The notes under the pieces: model-generated
Database searches by the model: none
What the model saw: only the letters and a program-made list of their open reading frames with translations
What the model was told of the DNA's origin: nothing
From: Vicugna vicugna
Lineage: Eukaryota
DNA: 64,000 bases
NCBI GenBank assembly: GCA_013265495.1
Contig: MU057701.1
Location: 744,001-808,000, forward strand
Reading direction: 5' to 3'
Made by a program: the position numbers and the translations under genes
Shown here: one piece after another, positions 12,421 to 26,700 of the stretch
Position numbering within the stretch: the first letter of the stretch is position 1
Layout of the letters: every line of letters begins with the position of its first letter

Positions 12421-15400
12421 GTTGGGTGGGAGATGTCACTGATAGTGGGAATAGTGATTTAGCGTTGTGTCCATACACTTCATACCCACTCATTAGAGAA
12501 AAAAAGTTTTGTGGGTAAATTTTGTTTTGGTTTTTCGCTTTCTCGGCAGCTTGGTCGGAATTTTGATTCTGAGTGACCTGTCTGTTGCCAGCTGTAGTTA
12601 CCCTGTGAAGGGTAGAGTTGAGCCCCGTGAAATCTGCACGCCCCGCCCCCTTTTCAGCCTAACAACTTACTGGGCACACCTTCTAAACTTTGCTTTTAGT
12701 GATCGCATAGAAAGTGAATATTTTTATGTGAGCTGCTGAACATAGATTTCTGTGTTTTTCAGAAGCTTGCTATCTTAACATTTCTAATCACCAGGGAAAT
12801 GCAAACCAAGATCACAATGAGATACCACCTCACACCTGTCAGAATGGCTATCAAAAAGAACACAAATTTTAACAATTGTTGTTGAGATTATGGAGAAAAG
12901 GGAACCTTCGTACACTGTTGGTGGGAATGTAAATTGGTGCAGCCACTGTGGAAGATAGTATGGAGATTTCTTTAAAAACTGAAAATAAGACTACCATATG
13001 ATCCAGCAATTCCACTCCTGGGTATATATCCAAAAAAACCCCCAAAAACACTAATTCAGAAAGATACTTGCACCACAGTGTTCAATAGCAGTATTATTAA
13101 CAATTTCCAAGATACGGAAACAACCTAAGTGTCCATCAACAGATGAATTGATAAAGAAGATGTGGTGCGTATGTAGAGTGGACTACTCAGCCGTAAAAAG
13201 AACAAAATTTTGTCATTTGCAGCAACACAGATGGACTTGGAGGGCATTATGCTAAGTAAAGTAAATCAGACAAAGATAAATACTGTATGATATCATTTAT
13301 ATGTGGAATCTAAAAACTAACAGCAACAACCTAGTGGATATAACAAAAAAGATGCAGATTCACAGCTCTAGAGACAGTGGTTACCAGTGAGGAGAGAGAA
13401 GGGGGTAGGGGCAATATAGGGGTAGGGGAGTAGGAGATGTAAACTAGTAGGTATAAAATAGGCTACAGGAATATATTGTGCAACACGGGGAATATAGCCA
13501 ATATTTTATAATAAAAATTGAGAATCATTATATTATACCTTGTAACTTATATAGTATATAGCAACTGTACTTAAATAAAGAAAAAAGGAAGAAGAAAAAA
13601 CTAGCTATCTACTTTGAAGTTTAGGGAACAGGTTGCCAACAGTTCCCTGTACTGTTTGCTTGTTTTGATGTGTCGGATGACACTGTTGGTTTTTACCTGG
13701 CTGTCAAGTGGGCTTTTTACGGTTTCTGCGTAGGAATTGAGTAGTTGATTACAATTGGCATGATCCCAGCTATCCTTACCTAATTTCTCATGCCCCTGTT
13801 CAAGGGCACAATGGAATCAATTTTTTAAATGAACCAATATTGTTTATTATCAAAGTGTAGTTATTAATTTACTTTTTTTTCATTTTAGGAACTTATATTT
13901 TCATTTAATTTTTAAGGTTTTTTTTTTTAATTGTGGTAAAATATAACAAAATTTACTATCTTAACCATTTTAAGTATACAGTTCAGGGTATTAAGTGTAT
14001 ATGTTTACATTATTGTACGGTCATCACCACCGTCTATATCCAGAACTCTTTGTCTGGCAACACTGAAACTGTATCCATTAAACAGTAACTCCCAATTCCC
14101 CCAGCCCCAGAAAGCCACCATTCTACTTTCTGTCTTAAGCGGAATCACACAGTATTTGTATTTTTGTGACTAGGTTTTTTTTTAATTCAGAAAATTTGTT
14201 AAATGCTATCATTTTAATGACTGCTTTTGTCTCAAATGTAAATTTAATTGCTTTAATGTCTGAAAATAACATTTTGAATATTGTATGTTAATTTCATTAG
14301 GTTTCTGATCAGAAACCTTTGGGGAGCTGGTCAGTGAAACAAGGTCAAATTATAACATGTCCAGCTGTGTGCAACTTTCAAACTGGAGAGTTTATTGTCG
14401 TACATGATAATAAGGTGAGTTTTTTAACTTTTATATAATATATACAGAACAAATCAAATGTTGACTTATTAACTATCCATGTTGTATGGAAATTGGACTT
14501 TTTTTTAACTTGTATATTTTTGATTTAAGGTCTTGAGAATATGGAATAATGAAGACGTAAACCTGGATAAAGTATTTAAAGCCACGGTAAGCCTTGGATT
14601 TTCCAACATATTTATTTAGTTTATTGGTGAGATGGAATAATGTAATATAACAGTTATTTATCTTACAGCATCTATGAACATGATATAAAGGTTATAATCA
14701 ATTTTTCATTCTAGTTATTGTACAGTGTATCTTGGTAAAATGTCTCAATTTATGAAGTAATACATTAGAAAATGTTAGGTAATGTTACATGAGGTTGAGG
14801 ATTTAAATCATGAATGATAAATTTATAGCTATTTCCATGAGTTTAAATGTTTGTGGTGTGTCCCTTGTGAGAACAAATGAACTTCATTGTTCCCTTCCTT
14901 AAAATAGGTAGAGTAGACCCTGCAAGGTTTGTGCGTTATACATTTGAGTAGCACGTAATGCAGTAAAAAAGAACCATGACTAACTGTGTTTTCTACTAAT
15001 GACCTAAAGTATGTTAATTAACTTCCTCTTATCAAATGAGGATCTGAAAGATTAATCTCGAAGTTTCCTTCTGGTTCTAAATGTCTAACTCTAAATATAA
15101 TTGGCGCATTTTTGAAGTAATTCACAATAAAGCTGATTCAAATATAATGGCAGCTGTCACCTGGACCCTTGAAATTTCTAGCCAGCTGACTGTGCTGTCT
15201 CCTGACTTGTCTTTTTGTTTACCCTGCAGCGACAAGGTCCTGAATTTACATGACAGGGTTTTTTTTTAATCCCACATATGGTGTTAACTTCTTTTCTTGG
15301 GCTTGCAGGGTATGGTTTAGAAACACACACACACACACACACACTCTGTCTTTAACACCAGAACCACTTGTAAGTCTGCATTTGTGACTTTGTTCCTTCC

Positions 15401-17666
15401 CCCCACCTCCAGTTTTGAGAGACCCAGGTTAGATAGCCTAACCTCCAGTATTTACAAGGGAAGAATAAACCAAAAAATGAATAAAAATGATTAATTCTTG
15501 GGGAGAGCAGGGGAGAAGATAGAATAGGAGCAAAAGTTAAACTCCTGAATGTATTTTATGTTGTAGATTTGACTTTGCAACCATACATAGTTATAAAGCA
15601 AAATTGAATCAAAATGAAAGCAAATCAGTCCTTAAAGATAAGCCTTCTATAAATGTCCTTATTCTATTAGGTGGCAATTGCTTTAGAATAAAAATTAAAA
15701 TATTTTTATGTTCTTCTAGTTGTCGGCTGAGGTGTATAGGATACATTCAATACAAGGGACAGAACCCTTGGTGCTATTCAAGGAAGGTGCCGTGCGTAGT
15801 TTAGAGGCCTTGCTTGAAGAGCCCCAGCAGAAAATTGAAACTGTCATCTCTGATGAAGAAGTGATTAAGTAAGTTCCAATACTTATAAGTGAGTTTTTAC
15901 TAAAATGAAAATGCTCTCGATGGTTTTTTTTATAATATTCTTTACCTTGTTCAAAACTATTTTGATTATAAATGTAGTAAAAGTAACATAATTAAAGGCC
16001 ATCTGTAAGACATTAGCCAAAATCACATCCCCCAAAAGCCTCTAGGGTGATAAGTGACTGAGAGAAATAGGGCCAGATGTCTTCTGTCCTAATGACAGAA
16101 CTGGATAGTCAGTTATTTGAAGATGAAGTGAGTAATCCCGCGAGATTGGCATCTTTGCTTCTGTCATATTACCCCAACTGCCAGGGTCAGAACCCTTTCC
16201 CCTGAAGAAATGTGCAGCTTGTTGTTAGCAGAATCAGGATAGTGCTTCAAGACCTGCTTTCCCAGATTCTGGCATAAAATTGGGAGAACAACTCATCCAA
16301 ATGATAGAAGGAAATCTCTTGATTTCGCATCTCTCTAATCCCCATTCTTTCATCACATTTCCTATTTGGTTAACTTGCTGCCTCTCCAAGCCCATCTGAT
16401 GCAAACTAAACTTCTAAAAGTCCAAGTGAGACTTGTATGTAGTCAGTAAACAGTGTGGACGATAAGCAGTTGTATCTTAGACTTGATGAATGCCTCTGAA
16501 GTGTGAGCAGCTGTATTTGGAGGAAATCTTTAGGAAAGAAGATACAGGTAGAGATCTGAGTTCTAATCCCCACTTTGCCAAAAAACGATTGTGCAACCTT
16601 GGTTACAGACCATTTACCTTCCCTGTGCTTCAGTTTCCCCTGTCACTTGAAGAAGGCAGATGAGATGCTCATATTTTCCTAAAACACTGGTCCCAAAATG
16701 ACTCTTGAAAAAAGGAGCGAGGGGTTTCAAGTAAGTTTGGGAAACACCGTGTCTTTCTCACACACCCTTGATACTTTTCAGTTCACATTATTGTCTGTAA
16801 GCTCTGGGAAGCTCGGCAACTTGCATTTAATCCAGAGACGCATTTGACAGAGAAATGCCTACTAGTTCCCCACGGTATATATTTTGAAACACTGAATTAA
16901 GTGCTCTCTGATATCTCTCTGGCTCTAAAAAACATTTAATAAAAGATAATCTCTTAAATTTAGATTTGATGGTATGTTTTTCTCTCAACTGGTAATTTGG
17001 CATTTTATCATTTTTCTTTTCCTTATTTTAGGTGGACAAAGTTTTTCATGGTATTTAGGCATCCTGTGCTAATTTTTATTACTGAAAAAGTAAGTGAATC
17101 TTTAATTCCTGGCCCATTTTGTGACATTTCAAAGTCACCTATATTATTTTTAAAACTAAGCTTGGACTTCGGTACTTCTTTCAGAAGCCTTTTATTTTAT
17201 ATGTTTTAAAAATACTATAAAACCTATTAGTTATAATTATTTCTATGCCTGAATTATAGAAGAAAATTTTAACACCTTTATTGTGGTGTGATTCCTATAC
17301 AGTAAACTACACATATTTAAGATGTACAATTTGATGAATTTTGATAGATTTATACACCAGTGAAACCACCACCATCAAGATAGCTAACATTTCCATCATT
17401 CCCCAAGAAGTGCAAATTTTGAATTCCCAATTTATCCCTTCCCACCCTCTTTATCCCCCAGTAACCATAAGTTTGTTCTCTTTATCTGTGAATCTGTTTC
17501 TGTTTTGTAGATAAGTTCATTTGTGTCCTTTTTGTTAGATTCCACATATAAGTGATATCATATGGTATTTTTCCTTTTCTTTCTGACTTACTTCACTTAG
17601 AATGACAATCTCCAGTTCCATCCACGTTGCAACAAATGGCATTATTTTTTATGGTTGAGTAGTATT

Positions 17667-17725
<59 letters not shown>

Positions 17726-20700
17726 CACATATACACACCACATTTTTTTAAGTATTTTTAAATTTTTTTTGGTGGGAGGTAATTAGGTCTATTTGTTTAT
17801 TTATTTTTAGAGGAGATACTGGGGACTGAACCCAGGACCTCATGCATGCTAAGCATGTACTCTACTGCTTGAACTATACCCACCCCCCTTACCACATCTT
17901 CTTTATTCAGTCATCTATCAAGCATTTGGGTTGTTCCCATGTCTTGGCTATTGTAAATAGTGCTGCTGTGAACATTGGGGTGTATAGAAATTCATTACAA
18001 CATTTTTAATTTAATTGGACTAGAGGTTTTTAAGCACTCTTTGAAGTGATTGCAATAGGGCATCTGGTTTTGTTTTTCTGTTTTTGTTTTGTTTCATTTT
18101 GAGCCAAGGTAGATTTATTCAGAGATACACACTACGTAGAGCGCAGGCCATCTCAGAAGGCTGGGCAACTAGTTTTAACATTTAAATATAGATGGTGGAA
18201 ATGGGAATATTTTTTTTAAAACCTTCTTTTTTGCAGCATGGAAATTACTTTGCTTATGTACAAAAGTTTAACTCACGTATCCTAAGCAAATACACACTTG
18301 TACTTGGACAAGAAGAAAACTCTGTTATACAGAGTTTTAGTACATCTGTGGATCGGAAATTTATCTCTTTGATGTCATTAAGTAAGTATTTTTCCTTAAA
18401 CTTTCAGAGTTTATAAATAAAGGGGTATTACAAGATAGTGTTTTCTTTAAGTTAGTCTTTAATTTTTGCAGTCTTCTCTTGTAGCATCTCCCTTTCTGTG
18501 CTTTCTGACAAGTATTTATGCCTTTTTGCATTTTGCCTTGTCTAGTCATGTGTTAGGTCAGTAGTTCTCTGCTTTAACTTTTAACTTTTATGTCTTAAGA
18601 TTTATCATAAGCAACAAGTAGTAGTATAATACCAATAAAAAGGGGAAAATCAGCTTTTATCTTTACTATAAGTCCAACTTTTTTTTTTGATATTATAATT
18701 AGTGACCCACAAGATACCTAAGGTTGGTACTGAATGGCCCTCCGTTCGTCTCTTCCAACCTTAGAATAGAGTGTGCCTTTCTTTGAACAGTGACGGAGAC
18801 AGGTGGGTGAAAGGGGACTAGCAGAGCAGCCTGGGCTCATGCTAGTTGGCATTTTACAGATTTTTTTCAAATGCCTTGGAGTTTACCTCTACGTAATGCT
18901 CTAAAGCTTAATCCAGTCGTATGCATCTAGGGAGAAAAATGCCTTTGTGGTGTTCCTTCTACTCTATTCTTTATGACTTCTTTTGAAGTTCTTTTGAGAA
19001 GGTTGTGTGAGGGAGAAACAAGAGCAATATTTAGGAAGCATTTCCATGTTATCACAATTTAAAATCTTCTGAAATTTTTCAATGTGCAGATGTTTGCAGT
19101 GGCGGCTAAAAAGGCTCCTGTCATTTATGTCTAGAGGGTTATTGGAGTCTGCTTAATACCTTTGCTTAAGAGCGACTGGTTTTCTTAAAGTTTAAGCTCT
19201 AGGACTTATTTATTGTAAAACAGGCATTTGTGAGTTATGTTTTAGCTTATTGAACATTGAAGTAAGGGAGTCTGAACCAAAGGGCCATAGAATCTTCATG
19301 TAACATAGCTAAAACTACATGAAATTGCCAAAAATTCAGTTGACCTGCAAACCCCAGCAATTTTATAGGGTTTTCAGAGGGGAGTAACAAGAAATGTAAT
19401 GTTTAGACCCGAATGCTAATTAATTTCTAATGAGAGATAGAGCTTTTTAGTGACTAGATTGTATTCCTGGCAGTCCTCTCATATTTTAGTTGTTACGGGC
19501 ATTTATAATTTTTATTTCATGACTGTTATGATATTTCTTACTGAGATTTTTACTACTATTTCTCCTCCCTCAACTTTAGGTTTGTAGTATATTCTTTATG
19601 GGAAAGCATAGAGTGGTGTGATTGTTACATTTGTTTATTTTTCTGGTTGGATCATGTATCAAATTGGTAAAATCTTATAAACAGCTTAGGATGTTTAACT
19701 GTAACAGATAAAGAACTGCTCTTTATCCAATAATAAACAACAAATACTTGTTTGCAACAGGCTCTGATGGATGTGTATATGAAACCTTGATACCAATACA
19801 TCCAAGTGACCCAGAAAAAAATCAGAGGGTAGTTGGATCATTGTTGCTCAAGTCGGCAGTGTCTGGTAATGCTCGAAGTGGTGTTGGACTCATGGTCCTG
19901 GATAAAGATCACGTAGCGGTCCTGGGACCACCACTCCCAACCTCTAAAGGTAACTGAAATCTAGTCAGTTAAGAAGTCCTTTGGATTTTTTTTCCTTCAG
20001 AGTGTACTTTTTAGCCTTCTCTTGCTTTTTCATTTGTCCATTACCACCCTAATCCATTCTTTTTTATCACTGTACTCAAATTTTTTTCTAGCTTCCTAAT
20101 TCTTGAATAGGTCTTTGACTTCATCTTGCCCTGATCAATTTCCTGAAACATCTCCTGTATCACTCACTGCTTTGCTCATCACCAATATCTTAAAGAAATA
20201 AACACTGCAAATATCTGTGCCAGCCCTCAGGCACTGGAAACATTGGTAAGCCTTGCAGTAGAGGGTTGAATTCCTAGCTTGATGACATTTCAGCAGAATA
20301 TAAATCCATTAGACTTGGACGGGTTGAAATTATAGGACTGTTAGTATTCCTTTCATCACTGTGACTTCAGAGCAGGATTCTTACCATCCTCACCCCCAGA
20401 TACCCCTCCAAACACACAGAATTGTAGTCTCTCATGAAGAACACAGTTGCTCCTGACCAGTGCAAGGTTGGTGTCTCCCCGCCTACTCTATAAGACTCCA
20501 AATCTCTGGTTTAGCATTCAGGTCTCTCCACAGTCTAGACCCTGTCCACCTTTCTAATCTCTTCTCCCGATTTTGAAGCGAGAACTCTCTGCTTTATTCA
20601 GGCTGGCTGGATATGGCCATCCTTACCTGTGTTCTTTGTTCTTAGGTTTCTCCTACGCTTTAAGCTAAGAGCTAGCACGAATAGCATAACTACCCTGTGC

Positions 20701-23700
20701 CAGGGGTTTTACTTATATTATCTCATTATTTGTATCATTTAATCCTCTAACAACCCTATGAGAGAAAGTTCAGTCATTATGACCCCTATTTTATACATCA
20801 GAATCTGAGCTTAGGTAACTAAGTAGTGGAGTTGGATCAAACGAATCAGGTGGAGTCTTAGGCCACGTGAACTACCATTCTCAAGTCCTAGCTTTTAACC
20901 ACTTTACCAGCTGTGTTTCTCCTCTCTCAACCCCCATCCTCCCTCTTTCTGGTTCCTGCTCTCTATCCCCCAAAAAACCCACTACCCACCATAGAGTTTC
21001 TCATGTATCTTTTCAGAGTTTTTTTAATATGCGCACAAGCAAATACTTCTATTTATTTTTTTCTCCTCTTTTTACACAAACGGTACCATATCATAGACAC
21101 TCTTGTGCACCTTATTTATCCACCTACCTGAGATACAGAGATCTTTCCACATCAGCATCTTTATTAAAACTACTTTTTAAAAGGAAAACATGGACGCACT
21201 CTGACATAAATCGCAGCAATATATTTTTGGATTCATCTCCTAATGCAAAGGAAATAAAAGTAAAAATAAACAAATGGTACCTAATTAAATTTAAAAGCGT
21301 TTGCATGGCAAAGGAAACCATCAACAAAATGAAACGACAACCTACTGAATGGGAGGAAATACTTGCAAAAGATATTACCGATAAAGAATTAATAGCCAAC
21401 ATACATAAACAGCTTGTACAGTTCAACATCCAAAAAAAAGAAAAACCCAATTTAAAAATGGGTGGAAGAACTGAATAGATATTTTTCCAAAGGGGAAATG
21501 CAGACAGCCAACAGGAACATGGAAAGATGCTCAATATCACTACTCATCAGGAAAATGTAAACCTCAACCACAATGAGATACCACCTCACATCTGTAAGAA
21601 TGACTATCATCAAAAAGGACACAAATTAACAAATGCTGGTGAGGATGTGGAGAAAAGGAACCCTGTTGGTGGGAATGTAAGTTGGTGCAGCCACTGTGGA
21701 AAACAGTATGGAGGTTTCTCAGAAAGCTAAAAATAGAACTACTCAATGACCCAGCAGTTCTGGGTATTTATCAGAAAAAAAGAAAAAAGAAAAAAACACA
21801 AAAAAGGCACTAATTCAAAAAGATACATGCACCCCAATGTTTATAGCAGCATTATTTATAATTGCCAGGATATGGAAGCAACCTAAGTGTCCAGCAGATG
21901 AATGGATAAAGATGTGGGGTGTGTATGTGTGTGTGTGTGTATCTACTCAGCCATTAAAAAGAACAGAATTTTTGCATTTGCAGCAACATGGATGATCTTG
22001 GAGGGCATTATGTTAAGTGAAATAAGTCAGAGAAAGAAAAATACTGTATGATATCACTTATGTGTGAAATCTAAAAACTACAACAAACCTAGTGAATATA
22101 AAAAAAGCAGACCTACAGATCTAGAAAACAAACTAGTGGTTACCAGTGGGGAGGGGAAAGGGAGGAGGGGCAATATAGGGGTGAAGGAGTAAGGTATAAA
22201 TTATTAGGTATAAAATAAGTTGCAAGGATATATTGTACAACTTGGGGAATATAGCAAATATTTTATAATAACTGTAAATGGAATATAACCTTTAAAAATT
22301 GTGAATCACTATATTGTACACCTGTAACTAATATTGTACAGCAATTATGCTTCAATAAAAAATAGTTAATTTTTTTAAAAGACTATTTTTTAGAGCAATT
22401 TAAGATTCACAGCAAAACTGAGGGGAAGGTGCACTGATTCCAGCAGGCTGCCTGCCCCACACTTCTATTTCTTGTCATGAAATCTTGTATCTTTGAATTA
22501 CTGTCTTCATTATTCATTTTTATACTTAATAAAGAAAGACATATATTTAACCATGACTTTGCTCTCTCCCTCCCGCCAACCCCAAGCATCATATATTTAA
22601 ACTTGGATGACTTCTGAATTTGTCATATTTTACAGAATGCCTCTCCATATGGAATATAAAATTTCAGACGCTACAGACTTCCAAAGAATTACCACAAGGG
22701 ACCAGCGGTCAAGTAAGTTTTGCACTTGGATTTTTTTTTTTTTCAATGTAACAGTTTTGCACTAAAATACTGTATAGAAAGAGACTTCTTTGTATCTAAA
22801 TATTTTGGCAGTTTTGGATTAAATTAAATTAAGAAATATTTTATTTTCTACCTGCAAAATTTAATTTGGTCATTATTTTAATAGTTTCCTTGTATTTGTC
22901 ACTTTCAAAAGACTAAATTATAAGCTAATTTTAGATCAAAGGGGAACAATTAACTAGTTAACAAAAACTTTTGCTTTTCGCCTCTCTTTGGTTTGATCTT
23001 TTTACTTTTGTATTTTCAGCTCTACCCTAGGGCTGTTACTTTTCCTAATAAATTAGTCTTTTAGGTTGTATGTTAAACATTATCACGGAATTACATAAAT
23101 AAATGATTAAGATTTAAGCTGACAGACTATAAACTTTCTGAGGCAAGGGTCCTGGCCTTTTTGTTCTCCATGTATCTTCAGTACCTACCAGAGGTACTGA
23201 GTAAATACTAGTTGTTTAGTGACTAAATATTCATATAAAAATAAAATGTAAATCAAGATATAGGATGTTATTGATCATTGTAATTAGAGGATGAGACTAG
23301 ATTTATCGGCATGGAATTCTAACTTACATTTAAACAAATAATTTTAACAAAATTAGTGTTTCACAATTTCACTGCTCTGATAGAGTTTACTTTTAATTTC
23401 CATATTCCTTTTGAGTTTTTGTTCATTTATCTTATTTTTACAATTTTATAGTTAGAATCATGAGATAGATTCTATCATGTTAAATTCTGCTTTTTTTCAT
23501 TTAGTACATCATAACAGTTTGCCTAAATTACAGTAGCCTTTGTGATTATCATGTTAATAGATGTGTAATAGTGGCAATATTTATTTTAAGCAATTTGTTT
23601 TCTTTTATTATTGTTTTTAACGGAAGTACTGGGGGCTGACCCCAGGACCTCATGTAGTACATGCTAAGCATGCACTCTGCCACTGAGCTATTCCCACCCA

Positions 23701-26700
23701 CCTCATTTATTTTAAATATATGTATTGATCAAACTTTTATGAGTTAGGAGGAAGGTGTAGCTCAAGCAGTGGAGTGCATGCTTAGCATGCCTGAGGTCCT
23801 GGGTTCAATCCCCAGTACCTCCTCTAAAAATAAATAAGCCTAATTACCCCCAACAAAGCAAAAAGAAATTAAGAAATTTTTATGAGTCAAAAGAAAGTAT
23901 TCTTTAAATTATGCTTCATTCAGACATGGGCAAAAATAAAAGCAGTGTAAACCTACCCCAATTAATAAATTGAACATATGGTATTCTGGGACATTGCTTA
24001 ACTTTGCCTTACCCTTTTCTGTTAACTAAGATTGCTTACACCACAGGCTATTGTTATAAATTACATGGCTTTGTTGAATCAGATCTTCGAAGAAAAAAAG
24101 GATTGCTTACATTTTTGATAACTTTTTTTGTAGCTCTGGTATTATGGGGAAAATTTGTTTATGCTACATGGAAAATTTCTAACTGTAATTCCATACAAGT
24201 GTGAAGTGTCATCATTAGCAGGTGCTCTCGGAAAACTCAAACATAGTCAAAATCCAGGTAGGAACTTAAATGTTTGTTTTATTACTAAAAACCATTTTAT
24301 AAACTTCTAGTTTGATATGTAGATTTTCACAGCTATCGGTTTGCATAGCCTTTCTTTTTTTAACACTTTTATTGTGGTATGATTCCTGTACAGTAAACTA
24401 CACATATTCCAGATGTACAATTTGAATGAATTTTGATAGATATATACACCTATGAAGCCACCACCACTATCAGGATACCTTAACATTTCCATCACTCCCC
24501 AAGAGGTGTAGATTTTAAATTTGCACCCTTCCCACCCGCTTTGCCCACAGTAACCATAAGTTTGTTCTCTTTGTGAAACTGTTTGTTTTGTAGATAAATT
24601 CATTTGTGTCCTTTTTTTTTAGATTTCACTTATAAGCAATATTATATATTTTTCTTTCTCTTTCTGGCTTACTTCACTTAGGATGACAATCTCCAGGTCC
24701 ATCCATGTTTCTGCAAGTGGCATTTTTTTCTTTTTATGGCTGAGTAGTATTCCATTGTACATATATGCCACGTCTTTATCCAGTCAGCTGTCAGTGGATA
24801 TTTGGGTTATTTCCATGTCTTGTCTATTGTAAATAGTGCTGCTGTGAATATTGGGGTGCATGTGTCTTTTTGAATTATATTTTTCTCTGGATATGTGACC
24901 AGGAGTAGGATTGCTGGGTCATATGGTAAATTTATTTTTGGTATTTTAAGGAACCTCCATAATATAGCCTGTTCTTAATGTTGAAAGTTGGCATTGTTCA
25001 TTCAGATTTTATTGATCCAGGAAGCTACCTTGGGAACAGTCCATATTGCAGTTATTGCTGCAGGCTAAAGCGTTACACTGATTTGAACACCAGTGTTCTT
25101 CTGACTTTAGGGGCAATGGGAAAGTCCTCCAGACAAAATCAGTAATGCTTTTTCCCTCCCTAGTTTAACCAATGGCCTCATCTGTTAGCTTACTGTTGCT
25201 GGGCACGTAGCCTTTTAAGTTACTATGCTTTACTGATCTAAGGTTATTGGTAGAATGAAGTGGACTTTAAAGCCTCTCTTGAACTGTGCACAAATGGTTG
25301 TTTTTTATAGTTCTTTGGTTGGTTGGATCAATACCAATAGGTCAAAAAATTCCAGAAATTGTGTGTTTTGTGTTTTCTTAGGCACTCATGCCATACCTCA
25401 TTTTGTAAACTGGGAAGCATCGCAGGAATCTGGACTAGGATCCCAGAACTCAGAGCAAACAAAGAGAATTGTAAGTTTCATAGTCGAAATACAAGTGTTA
25501 GTGCAAATGTCAAAAAACATGAAAAGCTGAATTATTTTAATAATTCATATCTGTACAACTCCTACAACTTGCTCTTAATGATGAGGCAGTTTGAAGCTTG
25601 AACTCAGTAACCCAACAGCCCTTGTCCAAAAATGACACATGTCATCTAGTAGTTAATTTTTATGGTTGTATGTGTAAGACCCAGGTGTGAAAATGGACCA
25701 GTTTGCTGTTAGTAATAATACTTCCTTGTATAGAGATTTTATTTTGTTTATTCAAAAATGAGTTAAAATAAACTCACTTTTCACTATAAGAAAATTAAAC
25801 CCTAAAAAAGTTTGTGATTAGAGCTAAAGTGTGCCAGTATCTTTGGGACATTTCATATTCTTCAAACTGTATATTGGATCTTTTATATTATTTTGAGATC
25901 CTAATCAATTTACTTAATTCCAGTTAAGAAGAAGAAAAATTGAAGTGAGTGTACAGCCAGAGGTTCCAACATCCAAACAACTTTTAGCAACCATAAAGGT
26001 AAATTTAAAAATATTAGAAGAAGGAGGGTATAGCTCAGTGGTAGAGTGCATGCTTAGCATTCACAAGGTCATGGGTTGAATCCCCAGGCCCACCACTGAA
26101 GGAATAAATGAATCTAATCCTCCCATCTCGTGCACACACACACACAAATACATGTGTATATATATTAGGAATATCAAAACTCAACTCAGCTCGTTGAAGG
26201 AAATCCCATGTACTTTTCATTCTATCTCACTGTAAGGATCATTTTTATAGCTATAACTTACATTTGTATAGTATGCTGAGGTTGTGAGAGTGACCAATAC
26301 TTTAGCTTATTTGACTCTCACTAGGCATTTTGTGAGATCAAAGTGATGGTAGTGGCCTTATACCTCGTTCAGCTTTGCATTGAGTATGTTTGTAATTTAG
26401 CTTCACAGAAATTTTGATTTCTAAATCCTTGAGGTTTGTTTGTTTGTTTGTTCGTTTTCTTACAGTTTGTCTTTGTGCAGAAAATTGTAGTATCAACTCC
26501 AGTTTCACAGAAGTGCATGAATACTGTTAAGTGATTTAAGATGTTGCTCTAGGAACTTTTAAGTTCAGAATGACATTTATCAATGTACCAGACTGAACTC
26601 TTTACTTCTGCCCTTTCAGAAAGGTTCAGAAAAACACATTGAAGTAGAACTACGTAAATTTTTGGCTATTAAGCGGACACCTGACTTTCATACAATTATT

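Larger units (their letters stand above)
17268..17983 (-). mobile_element. L1 3' end, chimeric-tail type, interrupted by (TA)n and SINE
   Basis: L1 3'UTR motifs ttccatgtcttggctattgtaaatagtgctgc; tail shared with 2326 and 24355 copies. Confidence 0.85.

Noticed and set aside
20867..21730. 203-aa ORF and overlapping ORFs in intron 7
   Set aside because: Chance read-through into a degenerate L1 ORF2 fragment with frameshifts.
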